Shown: piece after piece, positions 62,610 through 64,000 of the stretch | Layout: each line of letters opens with the position of its first letter | How positions within the stretch are numbered: position 1 is the stretch's first letter | From: a virus | Direction: 5' to 3' (one strand) | DNA: 64,000 nt | IMG/VR virus record: IMGVR_UViG_3300009008_000005 | Coordinates: 116,826 to 180,825 of that record | The notes under the pieces: model-generated | Seen by the model: only the letters and a program-made list of their open reading frames with translations | Databases searched by the model: none | Told to the model about the DNA's origin: nothing | Position numbers and translations under genes: made by a program

Positions 62610-63347
62610 CTACTGCTGCGGTACTTGCTGCTGGGCCTGCTGCCTCATGGCGTTGGCCTTGGCCAGCCTCTTGGCCCGTTCCTTTCTTCCAAAGAGGCCA
62701 CCAAGGGCCCGACCGCCAGCTTCAAGGCCAACGAACGCAGCCATGTTCGCCACTAGTGGCATCCTGTTAGTCAACATCCAGGCAGGTACAGAAGCGAGAG
62801 CGCCACCAATGGCTTTACCCTTCTCACCTTTGGGTGCCTTACGAGCTTCATTTAGCTGGGAAGCTCCCATACCTGTAGCCATCACTCTATTCAGGGAAGG
62901 GTACAGCGCACCTGCAGCTTCATGGCTCCTGACGAATCTCGGTAGTACCTTACCCTCGACACGAGTGACTCCAGAGATGGCTCCCTTAGCCGGTCCCATG
63001 GACTTCCAACCCTCACGTATAGCCTCACCAGGTTTCGTGACCAGTTGCTTCGCTGCGGCTGGAATTGATGTGTACTTCGTACCTGGAGAGGGAGGTGAGT
63101 CGATCAGGTTACCGGCCTCGTCCACCTTATTCAGGTGCTTGAACTTCCCGGTGTGACTACCTACAAGACCTTCCCACTGCTTCTTGAGCCCCCGCTTGAT
63201 ACCACCCCCAAGTGTCCCAATCCTACGAGTTCCGGAGATACCTAATCTGCCTAGAGGGGAGGACAGGACTTTCGTAGCAAGACCGGCTTCCTTATATAGA
63301 GCCGCTGACCTTACCAGCGAGTTTCTTTGCTGTGGCGACATGTTCAT
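62610..63347 (-). CDS. basic protein with glycine-rich hydrophobic C-terminus (about 245 aa; start uncertain)
   Basis: LYKEAG; MATGMGAS, IGGALAS, FVGLEAGGRALGGL; Q-rich end. Confidence 0.6.
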   Translation of the reverse strand: MNMSPQQRNSLVRSAALYKEAGLATKVLSSPLGRLGISGTRRIGTLGGGIKRGLKKQWEGLVGSHTGKFKHLNKVDEAGNLIDSPPSPGTKYTSIPAAAKQLVTKPGEAIREGWKSMGPAKGAISGVTRVEGKVLPRFVRSHEAAGALYPSLNRVMATGMGASQLNEARKAPKGEKGKAIGGALASVPAWMLTNRMPLVANMAAFVGLEAGGRALGGLFGRKERAKRLAKANAMRQQAQQQVPQQ

Positions 63348-63939
63348 CCCGTAGCCTCTTGCAGAAGGAGACGTAGTCATCAACTCCACGCCTCTTTAAT
63401 ACTTGATACGCCAGTGTAGGGTCGGAAGGCAAGGACTTCGCTCCGGAGGATCCGATACGGGATAGGGGTTCGAATAGCTCCGTAGGTACCAAGGGGCGCA
63501 TACGATGGGCCACAAACTCCAAGGGCTTGGGGGGATACACCATACCGTCATCAAGAATCACAGCGGCGATGTACTTCTCTACGTCGGACCCAACAGGCTG
63601 GGTCCGTACCTCCATCATGGCCCACACACCCTGTGCAAGCGCTGATACGGAAGGTTTTTGCATCGTATCGAACATAGGGGATGCGAAGTTCAGCCCCTGG
63701 ATGATCTTTTCAAAGATGAACCAGTCTTCGTAGGGCTCATCAGATACATGAATCGTCCGACAGGCCTGCAGCTTTCCTTTGTTCAGAGTACTCGGCTCGT
63801 CCCCACACGTGCGCTTCAATTCCTGCCAGATCGTCTCCGCTTCCCACCCAATGTACTTAGGTCCAAAGAGCTGTAAGCAGAAAATGTGTAGACCGATGGG
63901 GTGAGTCATCGGTTGCGTAAGGAACTCGACCCGGTTCAT
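63292..63939 (-). CDS. hypothetical protein (215 aa)
   Basis: long ORF; TAATG coupling to the upstream gene. Confidence 0.7.
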   Translation of the reverse strand: MNRVEFLTQPMTHPIGLHIFCLQLFGPKYIGWEAETIWQELKRTCGDEPSTLNKGKLQACRTIHVSDEPYEDWFIFEKIIQGLNFASPMFDTMQKPSVSALAQGVWAMMEVRTQPVGSDVEKYIAAVILDDGMVYPPKPLEFVAHRMRPLVPTELFEPLSRIGSSGAKSLPSDPTLAYQVLKRRGVDDYVSFCKRLRDEHVATAKKLAGKVSGSI

Positions 63940-63998
63940 TACACTTCCTGGGACATCTGGGCGAGCATCAACTGTGTTGGTTTGGGGAGGCTTTCAAA
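63939..63998 (-). CDS. C-terminal end of a gene that runs off the window
   Basis: open frame ...FESLPKPTQLMLAQMSQEV-stop, overlapping the next ATG. Confidence 0.4.
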   Translation of the reverse strand, partial: FESLPKPTQLMLAQMSQEV

Positions 63999-64000
63999 TA

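Noticed and set aside
1-64000. Eukaryotic giant virus origin (ubiquitin-like, AP2, SNF2, two-barrel RNAP)
   Set aside because: Strong GGAGG SD sites, coupled operons, intrinsic terminators and portal/terminase/sheath genes indicate a tailed prokaryotic virus.
1-64000. Stop-codon reassignment, tRNA or rRNA genes
   Set aside because: Long genes are intact under the standard code and end in TAA, TAG and TGA. No cloverleaf or rRNA was recognised by eye, and the TTCG hairpins are simple stems. tRNAscan-SE and Infernal would be needed to exclude them.

Overview
This window is a 64-kb slice of a large contractile-tailed (myovirus-type) bacteriophage or prophage-like genome. No host housekeeping genes, rRNA, tRNA or CRISPR array were recognised. 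It has two arms that meet head-on at 21985-21988. (1) Positions ~1-21988 are mostly + strand accessory/early genes, usually preceded by a TATAAG/NATAAG box and a GGAGG ribosome-binding site and often closed by GC-rich hairpins. This arm holds a P-loop kinase, four divergent tandem paralogs, a double AP2/Zn-ribbon protein, a lytic-transglycosylase-like protein, a four-gene ubiquitin-like conjugation cassette (Ubl ending GG-TSV, E2 with Cys-rich repeats, JAB/JAMM protease, E1/ThiF), and a ParB / Ycf46-type AAA / RecA-like / DUF2997-like / radical SAM / DUF1257-like block. (2) Positions ~21985-64000 are one long - strand virion block: tail tube, a 1378-aa sheath, neck proteins, major capsid, scaffold-like paralogs, a prohead protease with a LAGLIDADG intein, large terminase, SNF2 helicase, baseplate spike, a single-chain beta/beta-prime RNA polymerase (2078 aa) and portal. 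Many virion-arm proteins carry a recurrent K-x-A/S motif and basic glycine-rich hydrophobic segments. Two places show conserved-flank/variable-middle tandem cassettes. All family calls come from motif recognition by eye; no database search was run. Many starts were moved from the ORF track to the ATG/GTG that follows a visible Shine-Dalgarno site.
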